From a virus (lineage: Duplodnaviria; Caudoviricetes): a stretch of DNA of 58,570 nt. Positions 7,440-17,361 of this stretch are shown piece after piece. The DNA is taken from IMG/VR virus record IMGVR_UViG_3300021139_000016, positions 1-58,570 of that record, one strand, 5' to 3'. Numbering within the stretch: position 1 is the first letter of the stretch; each line of letters begins with the position of its first letter. Position numbers and translations under genes: made by a program. The notes below the pieces were generated by a model that did not search any database, had not been told where the DNA came from, and worked only from the letters and a program-made list of their open reading frames with translations.

Positions 7440-8866
7440 TCTTTTTCTGGATTCAATCCAGCTAACAATTCTCGAACCTTACTGGTTCCACCGACACCCT
7501 TAATCTTGTTGATACCAATACCTTCCATTGGATTAGTTTTGATCTCACCTGTGTCTTTATCTACTACCGTAGAAGTTTTCTTCAAGCCTTCATAGATGCT
7601 AGGCTTAGGAGCATAGTTAGTTCCTTCATCCTCTCCCAGGTCTTTGATACGCAAAGTGTCTACGTCAAATTCTAAGTCTACCTTTTGACCTACACCAGAA
7701 CTATTACGCGTCTTCATAAACTGGATTTGATAACGCCCACGTTCCTTCATAGCACGACTTGTAAAAATACCAATCACATTATCTGCTGTCTGGATCTTAC
7801 TCAAGCCACCTGAAATATGGCTGTGATCAAATTCAATTTCTTCAACAGCTGAACGATTCAACTGTGAAGCAGTTACAACGATAGCCTGTGTTTCCATCGC
7901 TAGGTTACGCAATTCTTCTGACACATATTTGTCTTTAACAAACAAGTCACTTGGGCTAACTTTAATGCTTAATGGCATCATCAAGTCCAAATAGTCGATC
8001 AAAATCACGTCTGGTTTGTAACCTTTCTTGACTTGATATTCTTTCAAGTAACTGCGGATGTCATTGGCATTTTTTCCTGATGGCATATATTTGATTTGTA
8101 TGCTACCAGATTTTTTACCTGTCATCTTAACCTTAAGTTCGACGTCATCTAGACTCTTGAAAATTTCACGTGTTGGTATTTCAGTAAGCATACTATCCAT
8201 ACGCATAGCCACTAAATTTTCAGCCAATTCAAATGTTAGATATATTACATTCAATCCTGACAACGCCCAGTTAATTCCCTGATTAGCCAAGAACAAACTT
8301 TTTCCGCCTCCTGATGCCGCACACCAAATGTTAAGTTCACCCCTGTTGAACCCGCCATATAATTTCTTGTCTACGCTAGGCCATCCAGTGCTAACTTGAC
8401 CGTTTGTATTCTTCAATCCTTCGAGACGTGCTCTAGGATCTTCAAAATAATCTGTACCCATGTCTTTTTGCAAACTGATCTGCACAGCGTCTTTGATCAT
8501 TTTTTCAACTGGACCGTAGTCGCCTTTATCCAACAAATCAGCTGATTTTAAAATCGCTCTTTCCAGTGCTTTGTGGCGTGAAAATTGCTCAAATTCTGCC
8601 ATCAACCAATCATAGTTTTCTTTGGGCAAAGCCGCCGGATTTAAGTCAGTATCGCATGCCGCATTTACAATCATTGGCTCCGGCATGACTTTATATTCGT
8701 CAACATATTTTTTGATGAAGCCTGCAACATCCTGCAATTTTCTGTCAAAATTTTCGGGGTCAAATATGTTGTTACAACGCATGAATGTCTCAGCATCACT
8801 CATGAACATTTCAATATATAATTTTTGTACGTCTGAACTATAGTTTGGTATTGGGTTATTCATCAT
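7436..8866 (-). CDS. DnaB-like replicative helicase (gp41-like)
   Basis: Walker A AASGGGKS, Walker B ILIDYLD, TASQLNR, MKTRNS. Confidence 0.95.
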   Translation of the reverse strand: MMNNPIPNYSSDVQKLYIEMFMSDAETFMRCNNIFDPENFDRKLQDVAGFIKKYVDEYKVMPEPMIVNAACDTDLNPAALPKENYDWLMAEFEQFSRHKALERAILKSADLLDKGDYGPVEKMIKDAVQISLQKDMGTDYFEDPRARLEGLKNTNGQVSTGWPSVDKKLYGGFNRGELNIWCAASGGGKSLFLANQGINWALSGLNVIYLTFELAENLVAMRMDSMLTEIPTREIFKSLDDVELKVKMTGKKSGSIQIKYMPSGKNANDIRSYLKEYQVKKGYKPDVILIDYLDLMMPLSIKVSPSDLFVKDKYVSEELRNLAMETQAIVVTASQLNRSAVEEIEFDHSHISGGLSKIQTADNVIGIFTSRAMKERGRYQIQFMKTRNSSGVGQKVDLEFDVDTLRIKDLGEDEGTNYAPKPSIYEGLKKTSTVVDKDTGEIKTNPMEGIGINKIKGVGGTSKVRELLAGLNPEKD

Positions 8867-9854
8867 GTTTGTTTTCTAATTGTTTCTTTAAAAGTTTGAT
8901 CTTTGTCTCACCGTTTTCTCGGTAATGCAAAATGGTGGAAAATGTGTAAATTCTGCCAAATTTCTTCACTGCGTCTGCAACGTCTTTTACGTCCGGACCC
9001 CAGTCTGGCAAACTTACGGACCAGTGATTGTCTATGGCCGCGGATATTAATTTAGCCCCAGGCTTGTCATTGTCAGGCACAATAATGACTTCACGTCCTA
9101 GTGCAGAAATTCGTGAAATTTGAGTGGGATTTGGCTCATTATGCATGATAGCAACACCGTCGATTGCGATAGCATCAAACTGACCTTCAACAACAATCAC
9201 AAATTTCCTATTTTCGTCTTGTGCATCTAAATTAAAAACGTATCCTGGTTGAGCAGTGGTCAAGTACTTTGGCTTGCCATCACGAATTTTTCGGGCTGTC
9301 CAGCCTACAACCACATTTTTGTGAAAAAATGGGATGATAACACGATCCTTATAACCGGGCTCTGGAGTCCACATCCAATCATACCACTCAAGCTTCATGC
9401 CTCGATCAAGTATGTAAGCAATGACTTCTAAAAATTCTGGATCCTCGCAACCTTCATCAATCCACTTTTCTATGGTTTGGCAATTTTCTGGCAAATTTCG
9501 TGGTTCCAAGCCAAAATTTAGGGGTATAGGTGTTTTGTCTAATTCTTCTTTATTCTTGAGTGCTTCCAGTGACAGCTTGCTGATGTCGTCATCTGGTACT
9601 CCCATCCACCTCATGAGGTTTTTTGTATTCTTGCTGAGTAATTTTCCTGGCATCCAACCAGCTTTGAAGCCACAGTTGAAGCAATGATACTGAAATCCGT
9701 CATCACCTGAGGTTTTTACACCTCCACGTTGGCGTTTGTCTGGAGAGTCACCGTTGTGAACACAACAGGGTGCGTTAAAACTGATCCAGCCACTCGGAGT
9801 CGCCTTTCTTTTCGGAGGCAAGAAATTTAAAAATGTAGCTTGAATCAGGTTCAT
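8856..9854 (-). CDS. DNA primase (gp61-like)
   Basis: Zn finger PCC...HCFNCG; TOPRIM VVEGQFDA and PDNDKPG; KDVAD. Confidence 0.93.
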   Translation of the reverse strand: MNLIQATFLNFLPPKRKATPSGWISFNAPCCVHNGDSPDKRQRGGVKTSGDDGFQYHCFNCGFKAGWMPGKLLSKNTKNLMRWMGVPDDDISKLSLEALKNKEELDKTPIPLNFGLEPRNLPENCQTIEKWIDEGCEDPEFLEVIAYILDRGMKLEWYDWMWTPEPGYKDRVIIPFFHKNVVVGWTARKIRDGKPKYLTTAQPGYVFNLDAQDENRKFVIVVEGQFDAIAIDGVAIMHNEPNPTQISRISALGREVIIVPDNDKPGAKLISAAIDNHWSVSLPDWGPDVKDVADAVKKFGRIYTFSTILHYRENGETKIKLLKKQLENKHDE

Positions 9855-9889
9855 GCTACTATTTTAGCTTCTAAATAGGATTTTGTCAA
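9855..9889 (-). promoter_or_regulatory. Sigma70-type promoter for primase
   Basis: TTGACA-N17-TAAAAT, 6 nt before the ATG, no SD. Confidence 0.75.
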
Positions 9890-10772
9890 TTTTTCCGTTA
9901 GGCCAGTATGGTTGTCCGGGGATTGGATTTCCAGGTACGCTGGCGCCATACCAATTTGCACCACTGCCGTCGGCATCTGGTACATACTTAACTTTGAAGT
10001 TGGTGTAATTTCCGGTAATATTTAGGTAGTCAACACCGGTAAAATTGCTATTGTATGGAACTGACTGTAAAAGTGCATAAGACTCATTTCCATTACCTTG
10101 CCCACTTGGTGTATTTTCCAAAGTTCCATAGATGTCGATATGTCCTTTGAAATTTGTCAGGTAAAATGCAAAGGTGTGTAGACCAATATTTGTGTTCAAT
10201 GCAGGATTTACTTCAATAGTACCACTACTAAAGGTCCACCAGTTAGACTGTGGTATGCCTTGACGGTCAATTGGAGTGTCTCGATACCAGTTGAAGGCAT
10301 CGGTTGAAAAACTTTCGGTCAAAAATGGTTCAACGTCTTCACGTATTTCGGCAGTGCCATTCACTCCGTAATAAGTATTCGCATAGGTTGGAACATAACT
10401 GCCGTCTGTATCGAGTGCAGTTATACTAAAGGTATATTTTTTAGGTGTGATGTCTAAAGTGTCGCCTTCAGTAAGCGTTAACAAGGCCAATCCACGTGTA
10501 CTTGTAGTAACTCCGTCATCGATGACATCTAGTTGTTTAGGTTCGAATGGCATAATGTTATCATTATCGAACATTCTGAAGAAAAATGTGCCACTCGTAA
10601 TTGAGACTGGTTTTTGATCGGAATTTTTGAATTGGATTTGGACCTTATTTTTAAGGCCTTTCTGAAATATAATATTGCGTTGGTACATGACGTTGTTAAC
10701 ACCCCGTGAGTTGTCCAAATCTAGTGTAATACTATAAGAGTTGGTATATAAATAGACTGGTAATTTCTGCAT
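9864..10772 (-). CDS. Hypothetical beta-rich protein, probably structural
   Basis: 302 aa; TAAATA-N6-ATG start. Confidence 0.6.
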   Translation of the reverse strand: MQKLPVYLYTNSYSITLDLDNSRGVNNVMYQRNIIFQKGLKNKVQIQFKNSDQKPVSITSGTFFFRMFDNDNIMPFEPKQLDVIDDGVTTSTRGLALLTLTEGDTLDITPKKYTFSITALDTDGSYVPTYANTYYGVNGTAEIREDVEPFLTESFSTDAFNWYRDTPIDRQGIPQSNWWTFSSGTIEVNPALNTNIGLHTFAFYLTNFKGHIDIYGTLENTPSGQGNGNESYALLQSVPYNSNFTGVDYLNITGNYTNFKVKYVPDADGSGANWYGASVPGNPIPGQPYWPNGKIDKILFRS

Positions 10773-10792
10773 AACACATATTTATAGGTTAA

Positions 10793-11182
10793 ATGAAGTC
10801 AAATAAAGATCAAGAATTCCAAAACAAGTTTCCTTTCATCAGTTGCGTTAAAGTTAATGAAAGCGAGTATGTCGGTATCATTATAAACAATGATTCTAAC
10901 GTCACCAGCATTTACGATTTTAGCGTAATGCGCACAGAATTTGAAAAAACCAGCTTTTTAGAGCTCGGAGAAACGTGGTGGTGGGAATCGAACCGTAAAA
11001 TTCCTATTAATATTTTCCTAAAGGCAGAAATGACGTTTTTCAGACCTTACATCAAAACTTTTGCCAGCAAAGACGTTCAAATACTATTTGGCCCTACTGT
11101 TAATTTAAGCGAAATCGCAGAAAAACGCATCAAACGCAAATCAATACAATTAGTTAGGGCGCCTAAGCGTAAGGATAGCTAA
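10793..11182 (+). CDS. Hypothetical protein
   Basis: 129 aa; WWWESNRKIPINIFL motif, basic C-terminus. Confidence 0.7.
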   Translation: MKSNKDQEFQNKFPFISCVKVNESEYVGIIINNDSNVTSIYDFSVMRTEFEKTSFLELGETWWWESNRKIPINIFLKAEMTFFRPYIKTFASKDVQILFGPTVNLSEIAEKRIKRKSIQLVRAPKRKDS

Positions 11183-11729
11183 TTCCTTCGCAGATTAAAT
11201 TCATCTGTACTGTTACTGCAATAGCATAAGCAACTGCGTGAGCCTTTTTAAAGAAATACTCATCAGTCGTCGGCTTCGTCCATACTTCTTCGAATACTTC
11301 TTTCCAACTCTTTCCTAAAAGGTGTCTTTTCGCTGGTCGAATTATGGCCAGACAAGCCGCGAGCTCTTCTATACTTTTCGGTTTCATCGTTCTCAATACG
11401 TTCCCGTGCCCGTTCACGTGAAATAGTAGATTCGTAAAGTCGTCCTGTTCCAATAGATCCCATAGTGGTTCAACCTCCATTAAACTTTTTAGATGTTCCT
11501 CATTTTTAACGCCTGAATATATGTTTACGTTGAGAAAATCTAATTTAAAATAGCCTCTGTCTTCAGCTTCCTTATAATCTATTGTGCTTAACCCTGTTAA
11601 TGGATTATAAGGTATAGAATGACAGTAGACCCCTGTGTTGTGTTTTTTATCGCCATTGACTGCTGTGATAGTTTTCACTACCTCTAGCACTTTTGTCCTA
11701 TCTGCGAAGTCAATATCAATATCCGGCAT
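11163..11729 (-). CDS. Minimal DNA polymerase III alpha (DnaE)-like protein
   Basis: MPDIDIDF, KHNTGVY, FKLDFL, AIIRP and FKKAHAVAY motifs in 188 aa; GGAGGTG RBS before ATG 11729. Confidence 0.85.
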   Translation of the reverse strand: MPDIDIDFADRTKVLEVVKTITAVNGDKKHNTGVYCHSIPYNPLTGLSTIDYKEAEDRGYFKLDFLNVNIYSGVKNEEHLKSLMEVEPLWDLLEQDDFTNLLFHVNGHGNVLRTMKPKSIEELAACLAIIRPAKRHLLGKSWKEVFEEVWTKPTTDEYFFKKAHAVAYAIAVTVQMNLICEGISYPYA

Positions 11730-12072
11730 CGAAATCACCTCCGCACATCTTCAACAACATTCGATAACGTTCGTATGCTAATTTGACTGCTGGTACTTGC
11801 ATACGTATTTCCATTTCTCGGTAATGATGCTCTGGTATAGATTCTAAAAACTCTTCGAGTTTGTAAATTGGAATGTGTAAGGCCACGGCTTCAACTTCTT
11901 CATATCTTGCAGTTCCGTAAGGAGTGTTTGTATCTTGTTCCCAGTTGATTGGACTAGAAACAATTCGACGAAATCTTCTTTGGCTAGGCTCAACATGACC
12001 TTCAAATGTTTTTACGAAATCTTGTAGAGGTTTAGAATGAGGTAATGGTTTAGTCAATTCCGCTTCCCTCAC
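11716..12072 (-). CDS. Hypothetical protein
   Basis: ORF fills the gap within the operon; start uncertain. Confidence 0.55.
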   Translation of the reverse strand: MREAELTKPLPHSKPLQDFVKTFEGHVEPSQRRFRRIVSSPINWEQDTNTPYGTARYEEVEAVALHIPIYKLEEFLESIPEHHYREMEIRMQVPAVKLAYERYRMLLKMCGGDFDAGY

Positions 12073-12745
12073 AAATTTCTCTCACAACAGCAACATCTTC
12101 TTTGTGAGTTTTAAAATGTTTAACCCAATAAGGAATATCAAGTGCTTTGTCGATCAGTTCTAATTGCTCGTCATTGAAGTTTTCAAGCATCTTCTTGCCA
12201 CTTGTACAGTTCAACATGACCCATGCTGAGATTCTTCCGTCTTTAATATCATGTACCGCACGATTAAAATTAACATAGTTAAAATAATGATTCCATTGAG
12301 CACCGCTTGTATCACCCCACTCGATCATTGTTGTAATTGTCCGTTGTACTGCGGCCTCAACTGGTTCAATCTTTAACATTTCATAAAGATATGTTTCGTA
12401 CAGTTCATCTCTACACCAGTGATCAAGTTTTACATCACTTTTAATTACAAATTCTATAAACTTTTCGGGATACAATGGATTCACATTGTTTAAGAAACTA
12501 CCAAACTTTACAAAGGCATTGTAGTATGCACTCTTACAAAATTCATCATAGGTTTTTTGTTTCTTGGAGCCTTGTCTAATTTTATAAAACTGATTAAATG
12601 CATAAAATCCGCTTTGAACTCGCTTTTCATCCTTTTGCATAGCTCTACGCTTAGGCTCACACATGTGGGCAAACAAGGTCTTCTCTTTCATGAAGGCCTT
12701 GCCACAATGTGCGCAATTAAAAGGTTGTTCAGCCAGTTGAATCAT
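12050..12745 (-). CDS. Protein with N-terminal C2H2/C2HC-type zinc finger
   Basis: FNCAHCGKAF-x7-HMC. Confidence 0.7.
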   Translation of the reverse strand: MIQLAEQPFNCAHCGKAFMKEKTLFAHMCEPKRRAMQKDEKRVQSGFYAFNQFYKIRQGSKKQKTYDEFCKSAYYNAFVKFGSFLNNVNPLYPEKFIEFVIKSDVKLDHWCRDELYETYLYEMLKIEPVEAAVQRTITTMIEWGDTSGAQWNHYFNYVNFNRAVHDIKDGRISAWVMLNCTSGKKMLENFNDEQLELIDKALDIPYWVKHFKTHKEDVAVVREICEGSGID

Positions 12746-13197
12746 TCGTATTCTTTTCGTTGCTTCTTGTCAAATCCCATTTTGTCAAATAGTTCTTCTC
12801 GATCTTCTTTAGTCATAATCTTAGCCCATGCCTTGATGTCGCTAAGTTTCATAGCAGGATTTAATTCAGCTAAAAGTTTTTCAATCTTAACTGCTTTTTC
12901 TTTAGTACCTGCTTTTAGATAAGGATGATAAGCAGTAACCCCAGTACCACAACCTGCAAATAGTTTCCAAAGCAACGCCTTGTGATTTTTACTTAATACC
13001 CAATGATTTTTGTTTACAAGTTCATTGGTTCTTTCTAAAAACCATTCAGCTGTATCCGTGTCGCCTTGCACGTTAGCAACATATCTCATGAGAATATACG
13101 GACTAAATTCTTTCTGTTCTTCTGGCGTGAGATTATCATAGAAATCATAGTTTCTAAGATCAACTGCCTTCAATTCTCTTTTGATGTCAAGTGCCAT
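12742..13197 (-). CDS. Possible clamp-loader small subunit (gp62-like)
   Basis: KEFSPYILMRY...NELVN helical pattern, size, replication-block context. Confidence 0.5.
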   Translation of the reverse strand: MALDIKRELKAVDLRNYDFYDNLTPEEQKEFSPYILMRYVANVQGDTDTAEWFLERTNELVNKNHWVLSKNHKALLWKLFAGCGTGVTAYHPYLKAGTKEKAVKIEKLLAELNPAMKLSDIKAWAKIMTKEDREELFDKMGFDKKQRKEYE

Positions 13198-13483
13198 CTT
13201 TTTCCTTGCTTAGATGATATATTATTTTAACACGTTCAAGTGCTTCTTGTAAAGTGGGATTGGTTTTAGCCATTCGACGGATTTCGCCCCATAACTTGTC
13301 TTCTCGTAACTGATCCATTAATGAGCGCCCATCTGAAGTACGTGGATCAAATTTTGGATCATCTTTATTATAATCCCAGCCAACTACCTGTCGAGTGCTA
13401 GGATCTGCTCCAAATTCTCTACTATAAACTACATCGTCTACACGTTCATGTATGTAAGTTGCGCCAGGTTTTAATTTTCCCAT
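13187..13483 (-). CDS. Hypothetical protein
   Basis: 98 aa, coupled within the operon. Confidence 0.65.
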   Translation of the reverse strand: MGKLKPGATYIHERVDDVVYSREFGADPSTRQVVGWDYNKDDPKFDPRTSDGRSLMDQLREDKLWGEIRRMAKTNPTLQEALERVKIIYHLSKEKDGT

Positions 13484-13484
13484 T

Positions 13485-13988
13485 TTACCAACACTTAGTA
13501 TAGTCTACGATTTCACTTTGTCTGCTGACTTCTTTAATGAAATAAGCACACATGGGTTCCTCTCCACCTCGTAGCGGTGTTGTAAGCAACTGTCCGGGTT
13601 TCATTTTAGGAAAATACCATTTGACATCCTGATAGATATTGACAATGTCAATGTCGTGGAATTCAGGACGAAAACTGGTCAGTGGATTAAAACAAAATGT
13701 TCTAAATCCTCTATCATTTAAACTGGTCAGTGGCAATACTTCCATTTCAGGACCTTCAGGGTCTCCTACGATAGTACACCAATCTAATGGCATAGTCACT
13801 TGATAAGGACCAATCTGCAATACTGCCGCAGGTCCTGTAAAACTTTCTAAAAAGATTAATGGTAAGAAAAAATAGTCTGGATTTTGAGGATCGCTGTTAT
13901 CTAAAACTGAATATCTAAAATCTTCGTCTATTTCTTCTGGTAGATCATTCAAGTAGAATGTCTTGTTGTCAAGGGTTAGTATTTGCAT
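13485..13988 (-). CDS. Hypothetical protein
   Basis: 167 aa directly downstream of UvsW. Confidence 0.7.
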   Translation of the reverse strand: MQILTLDNKTFYLNDLPEEIDEDFRYSVLDNSDPQNPDYFFLPLIFLESFTGPAAVLQIGPYQVTMPLDWCTIVGDPEGPEMEVLPLTSLNDRGFRTFCFNPLTSFRPEFHDIDIVNIYQDVKWYFPKMKPGQLLTTPLRGGEEPMCAYFIKEVSRQSEIVDYTKCW

Positions 13989-13992
13989 GTTA

Positions 13993-15447
13993 TTATATTT
14001 TTACCTTTTCGATACTGAAAGGATATTTTGCTTCCTTATAAAATTTCTTACGCTCTGTTAAATGTCTTTTTGCATACTTAGAGTTAGCAGTTATATCCCA
14101 GATTTGGACGAAGTCTTTGTCGTCTGCTTTCCTAATACCACGTCCAATAGATTGGATAACGCGGACAAAGCTCTTTCCGGGTTCCACAAGAACCAAGTTA
14201 AAGATCCTAGGAATATTAATCCCCACAGCGGCCACACCATAAGTCGCCACAATAATCTTATCATCACTTGTAGCAACTTCACGATATTGTTCCTTTCGTT
14301 TTACTGATTTGACCTTGCCGCTAATAAACACCGCTTCTGGTATCTGCTCAATGATAAAGTCTCCTGACTCAATCCTGTCTACTAATACCAGTGTATTTCC
14401 GTTTTCGGCAATACCTTTGATTAGTTTACTAACCCATCCCATCCTGTCTTTGTCTGTGACAAGATATTTTAATTCTGCCGGATAGCTTTCAAATTCTTTC
14501 CACTCTTGTGTCTGTACTACATTAACATGGCAAGTACTCAAGATACCTTTTTCTTGTAATTCGTGTGCAGTTACATATCCAACGACTGGTCCTAAACTAC
14601 ATTTAATACTTTCAAATTCTAAATCATCTTTAGGTACTGTACCAGTCAATCCCCATCGAATAGGAGCATTTCTTAAATTTTGTGTGAGTAAATTCTTTAG
14701 TACTTCGGCCTTTGCTTGATGGACTTCGTCAACAATGAGACAGTTAACTCCTTCAAGGAATTCGGCCAGCGTGATAAGATCTGCTTCTCCAGCTTTTGAT
14801 TTCTTATCTAATATATTAAGACTTTGCCATGTACAAATTGTATGTGTCTTGTTAAGGTCTTTCCTATCACCATAGTAAACACCAACATCTAACCCTACAT
14901 TGACATAATCTTCTTCGGTTTGCTCTACAAGACTTTTGTTTGGAACAATAACCAATGTACGACCATATTTTTCACATAGTTTACTCAGTGTAGCAGTCAT
15001 AATTGTTTTGCCTGCACCTGTTGCTACTGACTGCAATGCTTGAGGATTTTCGAGAAAGTTATTAACTACCTCAACTTGGTCATCGCGGAGTCTGATAGGT
15101 TGCCCAGCAAATCTATGTCCTTCCGGCCAGCAAAGATCTCCCCAAAAATCTTCTTTGATCTTTTCAAATTCTAGTGCTGGACTTTGTCTTAGATCTTCTA
15201 CCTCTACATAATATCCCCACTGGTCTAATAGAGGCAATATTCTATCAAGCATACTGACGTAGGTAGTTCCGCCCAGTCCAAAGAAAGAGGTACACCCGTC
15301 CCAACGGCCTAATTTATAAGCAGGTTGATAACGGGCGGCCTGATTAAAATACTTGAATTTTTTAACTAATTCTTTTCTAGTATCTAAATCTAAGTTCTCA
15401 AATTTTACATTGACCTCATCCCTGATGATCAGCTTTGCGGTAGACAA
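13993..15447 (-). CDS. uvsW: SF2 DNA helicase, UvsW-like
   Basis: ATGAGKT, IVDEVH, GLTGT, QSIGRGIR. Confidence 0.9.
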   Translation of the reverse strand: MSTAKLIIRDEVNVKFENLDLDTRKELVKKFKYFNQAARYQPAYKLGRWDGCTSFFGLGGTTYVSMLDRILPLLDQWGYYVEVEDLRQSPALEFEKIKEDFWGDLCWPEGHRFAGQPIRLRDDQVEVVNNFLENPQALQSVATGAGKTIMTATLSKLCEKYGRTLVIVPNKSLVEQTEEDYVNVGLDVGVYYGDRKDLNKTHTICTWQSLNILDKKSKAGEADLITLAEFLEGVNCLIVDEVHQAKAEVLKNLLTQNLRNAPIRWGLTGTVPKDDLEFESIKCSLGPVVGYVTAHELQEKGILSTCHVNVVQTQEWKEFESYPAELKYLVTDKDRMGWVSKLIKGIAENGNTLVLVDRIESGDFIIEQIPEAVFISGKVKSVKRKEQYREVATSDDKIIVATYGVAAVGINIPRIFNLVLVEPGKSFVRVIQSIGRGIRKADDKDFVQIWDITANSKYAKRHLTERKKFYKEAKYPFSIEKVKI

Positions 15448-16655
15448 ACACTAACTCCTTGCGGCTTCTTATCATTATAATACACTATGTTAGGGGATGA
15501 TGTCAAGAGGATATTCATACTGAAGTGCATATTGCTGTAGTAACCTAAATTGATTACAGTATTGAATACTAATCCTGCCTTAACCAGTGGCTTAGGAATC
15601 TTTGTGCTAACAAAGATAATTTTGGTATTTTCGTCTGGCGTATTGTTAAGCTCATTTTCTTTAACATAGGTGTTAAACCCACCATTGTCTTGATTAGGAG
15701 TCCTAAACATCACAGCCATATCTTTATTTTCAATTCCAATACTTTTTGCATACTCGTGCCATGCTTTGGTATGTCTAATTTCACTACCACCTGGGATAAC
15801 AATTAGAATAGGACCACCATATAGCAAAGTATCTTTAAAATCGTCTAAAGGAATCTTAGTACTATCAACGTAGATAGTATTATGACCTTGTATCAATGCT
15901 GTAGTAACAGGAGAACACTCTTGTTGTTTTAATTCTGCATTGATCGTTTCGTCCCAAATACTAACACCGTAGTTTTTTGAGTGGAACAAAAATTCCATAA
16001 CATTGTTTGTTTCTGGAACAGGGATTCTGCCAGAATCATTTTTAAATTCATAGCCATCTCTAGTCTTGATGGCCATGATGGCATGTTGATCAGCATTACC
16101 GATGATCTCGTCTATCTGTCTAAACCATTCAGTAAATGTTGCGTCAACATCAAATCCTTTTGGAACAAAGTTTATACCTAACCATAGGATAGTTTCTTCA
16201 CGTAAAGAAAATTCCCAAGATTTAGAATCAGGATTCCAACCACCAATGTAAGACTTAGTATTTCCGTAATTATGTACGTGCGGAGGTGGAGCAACTTCTG
16301 TTACATATTCTTGTAAGAGTTTAATTAACTCCTGATCGTAAGGAAACTTTACTACGATTTTTTTATCTTCAATCGTAATCGATTTATTCTGATGCAATTT
16401 TCTAAAAGGATTTTGGAAAACAGGATTATCTAGATCAAGCGTTTGCTTAAAGTCTTTTTCTAAATCTGTCTTAAATCTTTTGAGTATCTTTAATGATAAG
16501 TGTGCTTGTTTTTCTGTAAGCGCATTACCCATTGATATTTGATTTGACACAGAGGTCAAGAAATTATAGTCCCAGCCGCCCGGAGGTACTATAGGGTCTT
16601 CAAAGATGTATTTGCCTTCTCCGACCAGACGTTGGATTAGTTGTTCTACAAACAT
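15429..16655 (-). CDS. Hypothetical protein
   Basis: 408-aa ORF between uvsY and uvsW. Confidence 0.75.
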   Translation of the reverse strand: MFVEQLIQRLVGEGKYIFEDPIVPPGGWDYNFLTSVSNQISMGNALTEKQAHLSLKILKRFKTDLEKDFKQTLDLDNPVFQNPFRKLHQNKSITIEDKKIVVKFPYDQELIKLLQEYVTEVAPPPHVHNYGNTKSYIGGWNPDSKSWEFSLREETILWLGINFVPKGFDVDATFTEWFRQIDEIIGNADQHAIMAIKTRDGYEFKNDSGRIPVPETNNVMEFLFHSKNYGVSIWDETINAELKQQECSPVTTALIQGHNTIYVDSTKIPLDDFKDTLLYGGPILIVIPGGSEIRHTKAWHEYAKSIGIENKDMAVMFRTPNQDNGGFNTYVKENELNNTPDENTKIIFVSTKIPKPLVKAGLVFNTVINLGYYSNMHFSMNILLTSSPNIVYYNDKKPQGVSVCLPQS

Positions 16656-17107
16656 TAGATATGCACATCTTCCATTCCGGCAGTTCTAAGTTTGATTATG
16701 TTAGAAACTTGCCATTGTTTAATATCAAGACCTTTAATAATCCCTAGCCATTGATTGCGTAACAAGGCAAACTCGTTAACAATTTTTTCTAGATCGACTA
16801 CGTCGGCCTCACCGTCAACATACTTTTCGCAGTCTCTGCTACTCAAAACACGTTGATAATTTTCTAGATACTTCTTAAACGCTTTCGAGCGAGTGCGTCT
16901 AAGTTCAATATTCAAATATTCCAAAACAGCTTCAATTTCTTGAAGCTGATTGAAACGTTGTTCGACGATGCCAGGAAGACCTGCAGAAGCCTTTTCAAGA
17001 TTTCCGTAGACTTTTACTTCCTTCCTAGCCTCTTCTAATTGAGAATAAAAATACTCAATACAGTCGGGCAAGTGAGAAATATCTCGACTAACCTTACTGT
17101 ACCACAT
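16655..17107 (-). CDS. uvsY: Recombination mediator, UvsY-like
   Basis: Helical 150 aa; KYVDGEADV...IIKGLDIKQWQVSNIIK; lies between uvsX and uvsW. Confidence 0.75.
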   Translation of the reverse strand: MWYSKVSRDISHLPDCIEYFYSQLEEARKEVKVYGNLEKASAGLPGIVEQRFNQLQEIEAVLEYLNIELRRTRSKAFKKYLENYQRVLSSRDCEKYVDGEADVVDLEKIVNEFALLRNQWLGIIKGLDIKQWQVSNIIKLRTAGMEDVHI

Positions 17108-17361
17108 TAATATTCCTCGTCTTCGTAGCCCATATTATCTTCATCATATGGTTCGTCATCATCCACACCCTCTTCTTCGATTACTAATTTAATAGCATCA
17201 TCCAAATGTGGGTCATAGCCTGTATAACCAGACAATGTATCTGCGCTGATATCGTTGCCTAGCAGAAAATCTACGTACTGATTAGCCGCCATTTCACGAT
17301 TCTTTTCAGGGATATATTCACGGAACATATCCCAAACTGTGATAATTAGATTCTCATCCAT
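17107..17361 (-). CDS. Small acidic hypothetical protein
   Basis: 84 aa, D/E-rich C-terminus, TAATG coupling on both sides. Confidence 0.7.
   Translation of the reverse strand: MDENLIITVWDMFREYIPEKNREMAANQYVDFLLGNDISADTLSGYTGYDPHLDDAIKLVIEEEGVDDDEPYDEDNMGYEDEEY

Noticed and set aside
11163-11729. dnaE pseudogene
   Set aside because: Strong SD, intact frame and selective retention of catalytic motifs with precise internal deletions argue for a maintained gene
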